64,000 bases of DNA from Kiritimatiellia bacterium (GTDB lineage Bacteria > Verrucomicrobiota > Kiritimatiellia > RFP12 > JBMNHG01): NCBI GenBank assembly GCA_050950285.1, contig JBMNHG010000003.1, forward strand, positions 492,337 to 556,336, written 5' to 3'. Below, one piece after another: positions 1-8,849 of the stretch. The position numbers and the translations under genes were made by a program. Within the stretch, counting starts at the first letter, position 1, and each line of letters begins with the position of its first letter. The notes below the pieces were generated by a model. It did no database searches and was not told the DNA's origin. It saw only the letters and a program-made list of their open reading frames with translations.

Positions 1-3000
1 GGAACGTATCGGCGGAACTTTTCCGTTCCCGATCCCGCCGACGGGAAGCGCCGCTTCCTGCGCTTCGAGGAAATCGGCGCGGAAGCCGAGATCTATGTGA
101 ACGGGGCGCTCGCCGGGTGGCACGTGGGCGACTTCGTGCCGTGCGAAGTCGAGATCACTCGGTTTCTCAAGCCGGGCGACAACCTGCTGGGGGTGCGTGT
201 GCTGGCGGATCTGGGCCCCGCGCCGAAAGAGGGCGTCAAGATTTTCACGCGCCCCTACGGCGCGCGCTGGGGATACGTCGCCATCAAGGGCGGCATCTGG
301 CACGAGGTCCGTCTGGAAGAAACGCCCCCCGTGCGGATCGTGGACGTGCGAATTGATCCGGCGGAAGATTTTTCGTCCATCCGCGTGCGCGGCACGATCG
401 ACAATGCAGGCCCCGGGGGGACGTTCGAGCTCTCGACGGCGCTGGTGGAAGACGTGCCTGGCGCGCCCGCCGGCAAGCCGGCGTCGCGCGTGAAGCTGCA
501 ACTGGCAAACGGACAAGCCGAGTTCGACGTGGTCGTGCCGACAACGGGCGTGAAGACGTGGTCGCCCGACGACCCCAATCTCTATTGGGCGGCGCTTGCG
601 TTGACGGATGCGGCGGGGCGTCCTGCCGCGGCGGCGCTGGAGCGCTTCGGATTCCGGACCCTGCGCATCGAGGGAAGCCGGTTCGTGCTCAACGGCAAGC
701 CGGTGTACCTCGTCGGCGACTCGCTCCATTCGATGAACTACGGCGGAAAGGGCACGGAGGCGGCCGTCGAGCGTCTCCGGAAGGACATCGCGAAGCACAA
801 GGCCAATGGCGCGAACACGCTCCGCACGGCACACATGCCGGCGATTCCGGAAGTGTACGAATTCGCCGACGAGATCGGCATGATGATCTACGACGAGTGG
901 TGCAACAGCTTTTGCAATCGAATCGACGAAAAGGAATTCGAACGCAACAACCTGCCGGCGCTGGAGGCGTTCATCCGGCGCGACTACAACCACGCGAGCG
1001 TCGTGCTGTGGAGCCTCGGCAACGAGGTCAGGCACCACGATCCCGAGATCGCCCGCCAGCTCGACAAGCAGTACGATCTCGTGAAGCGCCTCGATGGACA
1101 GAAACGCCCCGCGTGCGCGTTCTCCGGCGTGGCGGATACGTGGGCCTACGGCGCCGACCGCGTGAAGACCGATTTTCTCGACACGCACGACTATCTGGGG
1201 ATCGATGGCGATTGCTGGACGCTGTGGTTCCAGAGCATGGACAAGCACCACGCCGACATGGTGGCGACCTTCGGCGAGGACGGCGCGTTGACGATGCCGC
1301 TGGTGATGTGGGAATGCGTCGGCGGCGGATGGGACCTGCGCCACGACGACGACATGAAGCCCGGCGACCGGGCGCGGTATCTGGAATGGATGCGGAAGTG
1401 GAGCCATTGGGGCAGTCCCCCGGGGATCCCGTTCTCGGCCTCGGCCGGCCTCTTGCCGATTCTCGACCGCGCGCGCGGTCGGCATTATGTGCAAAGCTAT
1501 CTGGCGACGCGGCTGTGCGAGCTGTTCCGGCAGGATCGACGTTTGGCGGGCTTCGCGCCTTGGTTCGCCGATCCCGGCGTGCCGGGCTGCACGCGCTGGA
1601 TGCAGCAGCGGTATCCGCTGCTGCGGCTTCGCGCAACGGACGACGGCCGCTTCATGGCCCGGCATTTGTTCAGCCCCGGCGAGAAGGCGCTGGAATGCGT
1701 GGTCGTGAACCACACGGACGCCCCGATCGACGGCGCCCGCATGGAAATCGGCCTGTGGGTCGATGGACGCGAGACGCCGTTGGGCGAATGCGTGTTTGAC
1801 CGCATTGGCGTCTTCGAGGAAGGGGTGCGCCCCTTCCGCCTGGCGATTCCCGAGGGATTCTCCGGCGATGGTGAAATACGCCTCCGCCTGACGAGCCAGG
1901 GCGCCGCCGCGTCGCTCAACGGCTATCGCGTGCGCATCCATCCGCTCGACGACGCGCAAGCGCCGGTCGCGAACACGCGCCCGCTCGCGCTGGCTGGAGC
2001 GGATGCGCAAACGGAGTGGATTTTCAAGCGGCTCGGGCTCTCGTACACCGTCGCTGCAACCGCGGAGGCGTGGCCGGCGGGGGGGGCCGTCGTCGTGCCG
2101 CCGGGTGCGGCGTACGATGGCGAGCCGGCCCGCGCATTCGTGCGCGATGGCGGCACGTTGCTCCTTCTCGAACCGTCGGGAACGCTCCTCGCAGGCTTCC
2201 CGCCGCTCTATCTGGCGCCCGGCCCGAATCATCTCGTGGAAATCGTCGTCCCGTCGCATCCGGCGTTCGCGGGACTGACGCAGGCCGATTTCGACACGTG
2301 GGCGGAGAATCCCTATGGCCTCCCGGTGTCGCAGATGGTCTGCACGCTCGACGAAGGCGTGCTTGCCTGCCGGCCGCGCTACATTCGCGGGCAGAACCAG
2401 CACGGCATGGGGCTGTGCGAATATGGCGTCGGGAAGGGGCGGCTGATCGTCTCGTCGCTCAATGCGACACGGCTGTGGGGCGAGAACGCCGCCGCCACGC
2501 GCTACGTGCGCAACGTGCTCACGTACGTGGCGGGCGGCGCCGCCTTCCCGGATGCGCCGCCGCTCAACGACGTCGTTTCGCGCCCCGCGCCGACGGATCT
2601 GAACCCCGAGCCGGTGGTGCTCGTGTCCTCGGAGGACGCGCCGCTCCAGCTCGCGTTCCCCGAGAGCGTGCCGGCCCAGAAGGATGCGCCCTTCAAAATC
2701 CTGTCCTTCAAGAAGGACTTGGAAAGAATTGCGAAAGGAAAGTACCGCTACTTCACGATCACGTTCCGGAGCGACACACCCGGCGGCATGTTCGATGTGA
2801 CGATTCCCAAGCGCGACCACGGCAACAGGCTCACGTACACGATCCAGACGGATCTCTCGCGCGGGGAGGCGGTCACGATGCGGCTCGACCTGGCCAGGGA
2901 CTTCCGTTTTGTGCAGAAGGATGGATTCGGGCCCGGCGAGTGGCGGGGCGAAATCATTTTCTACAACGGCTATGAGAAGGAGTGGGTTCCGCCGTTTCCA

Positions 3001-3045
3001 CATCCGCCCGTGGCGGCGGAAATCCTCGAGATGAAGTTTGAATGA
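1..3045 (+). CDS. Glycoside hydrolase family 2 (beta-galactosidase/glucuronidase-like) with C-terminal accessory domains; 5' end lies outside the window
   Basis: Frame is open from base 1 (GTYRRNFSVP...LRFEEIGAEAEIYVNG). GH2 motifs: WSPDDPNLY, FGFRTL, FVLNGKPVYL, NTLRTAHMP, DYNHASVVLWSLGNE (acid/base). Confidence 0.9.
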   Translation, partial: GTYRRNFSVPDPADGKRRFLRFEEIGAEAEIYVNGALAGWHVGDFVPCEVEITRFLKPGDNLLGVRVLADLGPAPKEGVKIFTRPYGARWGYVAIKGGIWHEVRLEETPPVRIVDVRIDPAEDFSSIRVRGTIDNAGPGGTFELSTALVEDVPGAPAGKPASRVKLQLANGQAEFDVVVPTTGVKTWSPDDPNLYWAALALTDAAGRPAAAALERFGFRTLRIEGSRFVLNGKPVYLVGDSLHSMNYGGKGTEAAVERLRKDIAKHKANGANTLRTAHMPAIPEVYEFADEIGMMIYDEWCNSFCNRIDEKEFERNNLPALEAFIRRDYNHASVVLWSLGNEVRHHDPEIARQLDKQYDLVKRLDGQKRPACAFSGVADTWAYGADRVKTDFLDTHDYLGIDGDCWTLWFQSMDKHHADMVATFGEDGALTMPLVMWECVGGGWDLRHDDDMKPGDRARYLEWMRKWSHWGSPPGIPFSASAGLLPILDRARGRHYVQSYLATRLCELFRQDRRLAGFAPWFADPGVPGCTRWMQQRYPLLRLRATDDGRFMARHLFSPGEKALECVVVNHTDAPIDGARMEIGLWVDGRETPLGECVFDRIGVFEEGVRPFRLAIPEGFSGDGEIRLRLTSQGAAASLNGYRVRIHPLDDAQAPVANTRPLALAGADAQTEWIFKRLGLSYTVAATAEAWPAGGAVVVPPGAAYDGEPARAFVRDGGTLLLLEPSGTLLAGFPPLYLAPGPNHLVEIVVPSHPAFAGLTQADFDTWAENPYGLPVSQMVCTLDEGVLACRPRYIRGQNQHGMGLCEYGVGKGRLIVSSLNATRLWGENAAATRYVRNVLTYVAGGAAFPDAPPLNDVVSRPAPTDLNPEPVVLVSSEDAPLQLAFPESVPAQKDAPFKILSFKKDLERIAKGKYRYFTITFRSDTPGGMFDVTIPKRDHGNRLTYTIQTDLSRGEAVTMRLDLARDFRFVQKDGFGPGEWRGEIIFYNGYEKEWVPPFPHPPVAAEILEMKFE

Positions 3046-4736
3046 AGATGCAAAACGACATCGCCGATCCACGCATGCGCACGTTCGTCCACCCCCGGCG
3101 GATCGTCTGGCAGACGCCCGTCAAACGGTTCGACGACGGATGGCCGACGCGAAGCGAAGTCATCGGAGCCGAGCGGCTGCTCGACCGCAAGTTCGGCCAA
3201 GTCTGCGAAGGGCCGTTCGGGACGTCGAACGGGACGAAGCTCGTCAACCGCGGCGAACCCGCCGGAATCCTCCTTGATTTCGGTCGCGAGCTTCATGGCG
3301 GCATCGGCATCGGGACGAGTCCATGCACCACGGCCGGCGCGCGACTCCGCCTGCGCTTCGGCGAATCCGTCTCCGAGGCGATGAGTTCGATTGGCGACGG
3401 ACGCCATGCGTCGAACGACCACGCCATGCGCGACTTCGAGCTCGACGTTCCGCGATTCGGCTCCATCGAGGTCGGGAACACGGGCTTCCGCTTCGTGCGC
3501 ATCGACCTTGTCGCCGGCGGCGAAGTCGGCTTGGAGTTCGTCCGCGCGGTGTCGCTCATGCGCCCCATGGAGGCGGTCGGCTCGTTCCGCTCCTCCGACG
3601 ATCGTCTGGATCGGATTTTTGAAACGGCGGTGCGCACGGTGCATCTCTGCTGCCAGGATTTCTTGTGGGACGGCATCAAGCGCGACCGGCTCGTCTGGCT
3701 GGGCGACATGCACCCCGAGACCATGGGCGTCCTCGCCGTGTTCGGCGCGGCGTCGATCCTGCCGGAAACGCTTGACTACGCCGTCGCCGTCACGCCGCCG
3801 GACGTTTGGATGAACACCATGCCCACCTACACGCTCTGGTGGATTCGCATTCTGGCGGAATGGTGCCGCTTCACGGGGGATTCCGCCTATCTGGGCCGGC
3901 ATGCCGACTACCTGGAGAAGACTTTCGACCACGTCCTCGCCGGCATGGAGGGCGGCCGGTGGCTCGCCAACAACTTCCTCGACTGGCCGACGAAGCACAA
4001 CGACGCGGCGGCGACGGCCGGGACGCAGGGTCTCGCGCTCATGGCCGCTCGCGAGACGGTCTTCCTGGCGGAAGCCGCCGGGCGCTCCGCCCTTGCGGAC
4101 AAGGCCCGCGCCATGGCGGCGGAACTCGAAAAACTCCGGCCCGACCCCCACGGCGCGAAGTCCGCCGCCGCCATGCTGGCGCTTTCGGGCCTGCGCGACC
4201 CGAAGGAGATGTTCGCCGAGGTGCTTGGCACGAACGGACATGCCGGCGTTTCGACGTTCTACGGCTACTACATGATCGAAGCCATGAGCGCGGCGGGCGA
4301 AGACCAGCGCGCGCTCGATACGGTGCGCGACTACTGGGGCGCGATGCTCGACGTCGGCGCGACGAGCTTCTGGGAGGACTTCAAGCTCGACTGGACGCAG
4401 AACTGCTTCCGCATCGACGAGCTGCCCGTGCCGGGCAAGAAGGACGTCCACGGGGACTTCGGCGAATTTTGCTATCCCGGGTTCCGGCACTCGCTCTGCC
4501 ACGGATGGGCCTGCGGTCCGGCGCCGTGGTGCATCCATCACGTGCTCGGCATCCGGCCGCTCGACGCAGGGTGCAGGACGGTGGAAGTGAAACCGTCCTT
4601 GTGCGATCTCGACTGGGCGGAAGGCGCTCTGGCGCTGCCGGACGGGCAGGCGGTCAAGGTGCGCGCGGAGCGAAAGCCAGATGGCTCGACGGCGCTCGCC
4701 ATCGACGCGCCGTCCGATGTGACCATCGTCCGATGA
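3042..4736 (+). CDS. Alpha-L-rhamnosidase (GH78-like)
   Basis: LLDFGRELHGG, GFRFVRID, WDGIKRDRLVWLGD, GATSFWE, HSLCHGWACGP motifs. ATGA overlap with the GH2 stop. Confidence 0.9.
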   Translation: MKMQNDIADPRMRTFVHPRRIVWQTPVKRFDDGWPTRSEVIGAERLLDRKFGQVCEGPFGTSNGTKLVNRGEPAGILLDFGRELHGGIGIGTSPCTTAGARLRLRFGESVSEAMSSIGDGRHASNDHAMRDFELDVPRFGSIEVGNTGFRFVRIDLVAGGEVGLEFVRAVSLMRPMEAVGSFRSSDDRLDRIFETAVRTVHLCCQDFLWDGIKRDRLVWLGDMHPETMGVLAVFGAASILPETLDYAVAVTPPDVWMNTMPTYTLWWIRILAEWCRFTGDSAYLGRHADYLEKTFDHVLAGMEGGRWLANNFLDWPTKHNDAAATAGTQGLALMAARETVFLAEAAGRSALADKARAMAAELEKLRPDPHGAKSAAAMLALSGLRDPKEMFAEVLGTNGHAGVSTFYGYYMIEAMSAAGEDQRALDTVRDYWGAMLDVGATSFWEDFKLDWTQNCFRIDELPVPGKKDVHGDFGEFCYPGFRHSLCHGWACGPAPWCIHHVLGIRPLDAGCRTVEVKPSLCDLDWAEGALALPDGQAVKVRAERKPDGSTALAIDAPSDVTIVR

Positions 4737-4770
4737 AGCGCAAGCCGCCTCCTCGGCGACACGCGGTCGA

Positions 4771-5979
4771 TCATCCATCGCGGCTGCGTCGGGCGCTCTC
4801 GCGTTTTGCGGTGCGGCGGTAGGCGCTCATCGTCATGCCGAAGGTGCGTTTGAAGAGCTTCTTGAGGTGGAATTCGTCGCGGAAGCCACAGCCTTCGCCC
4901 ACCTGCCCGAGCGGGATGTCCGTTTCCTCCAGCCGTTGCTTGACGAGTTCCAGGCGCATGCGGCGCAGTTCTTGTCCGATCGTGGTGTCCATGACGGAGC
5001 GGAAGTGTTTCTCCAGAAGCCGCCGCGACGTGCCGGACGCCGCCACGATGTCGTCGATGCCGATGGGCGAGGCGGCGTTTCGCCGCATGTATTCACAGGC
5101 CAGCGCCACGCTTCTGGCCGTGCCGCCGACATCGACTGTGGACGCCCGTTCCACAATCTGCTTGATCCCGTAAAGGAGCGGAGGCTTGTCGCCGTTCTCC
5201 CCATCGATGATCCGCTGCAGCGCTTCGGCCACCATGAAGCCGCCGCCATTGAAGTCGGGGAGGATGCTCGACAGGGACGGGACGGTGTTCTCGCAGATGT
5301 ACTCCTCGTTGTCCACGCCGAGAATCATGACTTGCGCGGGCGCATCGACCTGCGCAAGGCGGCAGGCGTCCAGCACGTTCTTGGCCCGTTGGTCGAATGC
5401 CGCCATGATGCCGCACGGCTTGGGCAGGTCGGCAAGCCATTGGGCAAGCCGCTCTTCGTCGGAAGGGAAGCGCCCTCGCCGCGGACGGGTCACGGGGAAG
5501 ACGGACGCATCGAATCCCCGCGCTTCGATCCGTTCGACGAATCCGTGCCGGCGCCGGTCCAGCGGCTCGTCGGCGGCGATGGCCGGGACATAGGCGAAAT
5601 GGCGGAGCCGCTTGGCAAGCAGGAACTGCGCCCCGGCCTCGCCGATCAAGTGGTTGTCGCAGGCGACGTGCCGGAACGCGACGCCGTGTACGCGGACGTC
5701 GCGCGTGGCGTCTCCATAGAGGGCGATGACGCCTTTGAGCCCGCTCCCGGCCATGTGCGAGACGACGTCCCGTTTCAACAGACGGTCGGTGATGATGCCT
5801 TCCGGCTTCCAGTCCCGCAGGATGCCGGGGATCCGGGTCATGGGATGTCCGCTGAGGATGCGGACGTCCCACGCCGGATGGAGCGCCGCGTAGCGCAGCA
5901 CGCCGCCCAGGAGATCCCTGTCGGCCTTCTGCCCCAAGTCAACTTGGACGAGAATGCGCGTTCTGGATGCGTTTTTCAT
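4771..5979 (-). CDS. XylR-type transcriptional regulator (LacI-like sugar-binding domain plus AraC HTH)
   Basis: WLADLPKPCGIMAAFD, ILGVDNEE...PSLSSI, C-terminal AraC HTH (CGFRDEFHLKKLFKRTFGMTMSAYR). Start placed at MKNASR. Confidence 0.9.
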   Translation of the reverse strand: MKNASRTRILVQVDLGQKADRDLLGGVLRYAALHPAWDVRILSGHPMTRIPGILRDWKPEGIITDRLLKRDVVSHMAGSGLKGVIALYGDATRDVRVHGVAFRHVACDNHLIGEAGAQFLLAKRLRHFAYVPAIAADEPLDRRRHGFVERIEARGFDASVFPVTRPRRGRFPSDEERLAQWLADLPKPCGIMAAFDQRAKNVLDACRLAQVDAPAQVMILGVDNEEYICENTVPSLSSILPDFNGGGFMVAEALQRIIDGENGDKPPLLYGIKQIVERASTVDVGGTARSVALACEYMRRNAASPIGIDDIVAASGTSRRLLEKHFRSVMDTTIGQELRRMRLELVKQRLEETDIPLGQVGEGCGFRDEFHLKKLFKRTFGMTMSAYRRTAKRESARRSRDG

Positions 5980-6145
5980 GATGGAATTCCCCATTCGAAC
6001 CCGAATGCTACCACGTTCCCCATGGAAACGCTTTCCAGACAATCGGTTCCAGGCAATCGGTCCGTCGAAGAGGTCGGGCGACCTTCGGCCATGGATTGGC
6101 TTGGCCGAATGCCAGTCGCCCGTCGCCAGTGGCTAGTGCCCTGGA

Positions 6146-6302
6146 CCGATCATTGTTTTCATCGCCTCTGGGAACGCGAGGCTCCGGACTCGCCCCGCAC
6201 CTGCGCCTCGGAGGTGGGGCAAGCGTCCCGCTTGCCGTCTCGCCAGCGTGGCGAACCATCGGCGCACCGCCCGCCCTTCGCCGTACACGTGCCCGTTCCC
6301 AG
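6146..6302. repeat. REP-like palindrome cluster; first 54 bp repeated at 16647-16700
   Basis: CTGGGAACGCGAGGCTCCGGACTCGC hairpin, GTGGGGCAAGCGTCCCGCTTGCC hairpin (6214-6236), closing TTCCCAG at about 6302. Confidence 0.7.
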
Positions 6303-6407
6303 CGAAGCGGCACCCGTTCACGAGGTGCGAGGTGTCAAATTAGGGACAGCCCCCTTCTGCCGCCTCGGCGCTCCGCAACACGGCTCGTTCATCGTTCGAG
6401 GGCATTG

Positions 6408-8336
6408 TTAAAACCAGAGCGAGAACCAGTTGGCGGGATCGTCCACGTTGGAGACGGAGGCGAAGTCGGCGACGGGCACCGTTTTCACGTCCGAGCCGCG
6501 CTCGAAGCGGAGCGTCCAGGGCTGAATCACGCCGGCGTTCTCGGCGGTGCGCGGGGCAGGGCGCATCGTGGCGCTCCACCCCTGCCACTGCAAGGAGGTG
6601 GCGAAGAGCGTCTCTTCGCGCGACGTCCCGGCCAGGCGGCCTTTCGCCAGCACCAGGGGGCCGCGTAGCACGCGCATGGCCGACGATGTGCGGCTAAGTC
6701 CCGCCATGTCCGGCGTGTACCACTCCATGAAATGGACGGTGTACTCGGGAATATCGAGGCTGTGCTGTTGCGGGGACGGCGGCGTATAGCCCTCGCGGCC
6801 AGACCAGTTGACCACGCGCGGCGCCATGTCGAAGCGGAGCAGCCACGCGTTTTCTCCAGCCGACGCCTCGACCTCGACCCAGCCCTTCCGGGGCGTCCGG
6901 GGCTCGCCATCGACCGACAGCGTTGCCGACCAGCGGGGAACGCGGAAGCGAACCTTCCCTGCGGTTTGGCAGACGGCTTTCACCGCCACCGGCCCGTCGG
7001 ACCAGGGATAGCCGCCGGAGATTTCGATTGTCGCGCCGTCGACTTTGGCCGCGCCGTCGGTGTAGAGAAGCACGGCGATCGCGCCGTCGGCGGTGCGGGC
7101 GGCCAAGGAATCGGCGTAGTCGAAATACGTGCGCATCATGTTGTCCGGGCAGCACTGGTGCAGCAGCATGCCCGTCTGGGCAGGCGCCGCGAGGTGGCGC
7201 GTGCCATGCGAGCGGACGATGTGCGCGCCCCAGCGCCCGTCGCGCGAGACGCCCGCCAGGAAGCCGTTGAGGAAGGCGTTTTCGATCAGGTCGGCGTAAA
7301 AGGGCTCGCCGGTCAGCAGCAGGAGCTCGCGGTTGAGCCGGATCCAGTGCGTGACGTCGCAAAGCTCCGTCATGCCGTTCACCTGGGTCGCCGCATGGAG
7401 GAAGTGGTCGAAATGCCCCGCGCTCTCCATCGGGTTCATCTCCTCGTCGAGCAGGTGGCGGTGGTAGGCGAGCACGGCATCGAGGACGTGCTTTTCGCCC
7501 GTCAGGCGGTAGTAGTCCACGAGCCCTTCGAGGCAGCTCAGGATTTCGTAGGCCTTGGCCCAGAAGGCGGGCTGGGGATGCCAGTCCACGATCTTCTCCG
7601 AGCGGAAGGCGTCGCGGAGGATCGACGCCGGCGTCGTGGGCTCCGCGGAGAGCGCGCGGACGATGTCGCGGGCGAGCGCCAGGCAGTTCTCGCGCCCCGT
7701 CAGGCGGTGGAGTTCGAGGATCGGACGCAAGATGCTCATCGACGACACGCCGTGCCAGTAGCCGGTCTTGTCGAGCGTGAGCCCGAGGCGTTCAAGCTGT
7801 GCGATGAGATGGTCTGCCATCTTCACGGCGGCGTCGAGGCACGTTGCGTCGCCGGTGGCCTTGTGCAGCTCGACGAGCGCCCACATCGTGTACTTCCGTC
7901 CCCAGACATTGAAGCAGGCTTGCTTCCGGGCGTCGGGGCTGTCGGGATTCTGTCGCAGCAAATCCTCCTGGGCGTAGGTGCTGAGGTACCCGTTCGGCTT
8001 TTGGAATTCGCGGATGAAATCGTGCGCCTTGTCGAGCGCCCATGCCTTGAGGCCGGAGTCGCGCGTGTAGGCGATGGCGCCGGCGAAGCAGAGCATCGTC
8101 TTGCCCCAGTATTCGTTTTGCCAGCCATCGCACCGACCGTTCGCATCGTCCCAATGCGTTCGGAACGCATGGACGCATTCTTCGTACATCGGCCCCCGCG
8201 CCCAGTCGGAATAGGCTCGCGCCCGGATGCACGCGTCGGCCGCGTCGCCGACCGGCCCGAGCAGCTTCGCCTCTCCCCCGCCGCAAGGCGTCAGGACATT
8301 GTGGATTTTCTCGTTTTGCACGTTGTTCCCGCTCAT
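6408..8336 (-). CDS. GH127/GH146-like beta-L-arabinofuranosidase
   Basis: WQNEYWGKTML, QKPNGYLSTY, VWGRKYTM, KAYEILSC, TELCDVTHW, HQCCPDN (Zn-binding Cys), GGYPWSDG, VLRGPLVLA. Confidence 0.85.
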   Translation of the reverse strand: MSGNNVQNEKIHNVLTPCGGGEAKLLGPVGDAADACIRARAYSDWARGPMYEECVHAFRTHWDDANGRCDGWQNEYWGKTMLCFAGAIAYTRDSGLKAWALDKAHDFIREFQKPNGYLSTYAQEDLLRQNPDSPDARKQACFNVWGRKYTMWALVELHKATGDATCLDAAVKMADHLIAQLERLGLTLDKTGYWHGVSSMSILRPILELHRLTGRENCLALARDIVRALSAEPTTPASILRDAFRSEKIVDWHPQPAFWAKAYEILSCLEGLVDYYRLTGEKHVLDAVLAYHRHLLDEEMNPMESAGHFDHFLHAATQVNGMTELCDVTHWIRLNRELLLLTGEPFYADLIENAFLNGFLAGVSRDGRWGAHIVRSHGTRHLAAPAQTGMLLHQCCPDNMMRTYFDYADSLAARTADGAIAVLLYTDGAAKVDGATIEISGGYPWSDGPVAVKAVCQTAGKVRFRVPRWSATLSVDGEPRTPRKGWVEVEASAGENAWLLRFDMAPRVVNWSGREGYTPPSPQQHSLDIPEYTVHFMEWYTPDMAGLSRTSSAMRVLRGPLVLAKGRLAGTSREETLFATSLQWQGWSATMRPAPRTAENAGVIQPWTLRFERGSDVKTVPVADFASVSNVDDPANWFSLWF

Positions 8337-8385
8337 GGTCGCATTTCCTTCAAACTTCCGGGAAAATTCTTTTCTGACGCCTTCC

Positions 8386-8433
8386 ATTCTATCATGGGCC
8401 CAATATGGCAACCGTATTTCCGATATGGCAACC
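8386..8433 (-). promoter_or_regulatory. Probable activator-dependent promoter of the GH127 gene with a tandem operator
   Basis: Minus strand: GGTTGCCATAT x2 (8423-8433 and 8403-8413, 20-bp period), followed by extended -10 TGaTAGAAT (hexamer 8386-8391). Confidence 0.6.
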
Positions 8434-8487
8434 CGTGAACTCTATCGAACATGCAAGGCGGAAAAGAAAAACGATGCGTTCGTCCCG

Positions 8488-8849
8488 CTATGTCCCCCGA
8501 AAGCCTCGCAGCAGCGCGCGCTTGCGCGGATTGTCGGCGGAGGGTTTGAAGCCGGCGGGTTTTCCGTCGGTTTCGACCGGTTCGTGTTCGACGCTCCACC
8601 CTGTCCCATTCGCGAAAGGCGTGGTACGTCCAGTCCCAGCCATATTCCTCGAAGAGCGCGATGCAATCCGCGATGTACACGTCCGCCCCCGTTGAGAACG
8701 AGGACGCGGAGAATTCCCCGACGTAGATTTTCGCGTCGTACTTCTTTTCAAAATCGCGAACTGCCGCAAGCTTTTGGCGGAGATAGCCGCGCCCCCAGCC
8801 CTTCGCGGCATCCGGCCAGACGGCATCCGCCTTCATGTCGCCGACCCGC
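8488..8849 (-). pseudogene. Frameshifted C-terminal part of the GH5 domain of the 8748-12383 gene
   Basis: After ...FTHQG the GH5 sequence continues in a second frame (VGDMKADAVWP...IYVGEFSA...WDWTYHAFREW), then in a third frame (GWSVEHEP...RKRALLRGFRGT*). Net +1 shifts near 8846-8849 and 8602. Confidence 0.8.

Noticed and set aside
4710..4736. GH78 ending DVTIVR* as a tag copy
   Set aside because: No signal peptide and no G-T-L pattern; probably the last strand of the beta-sandwich.
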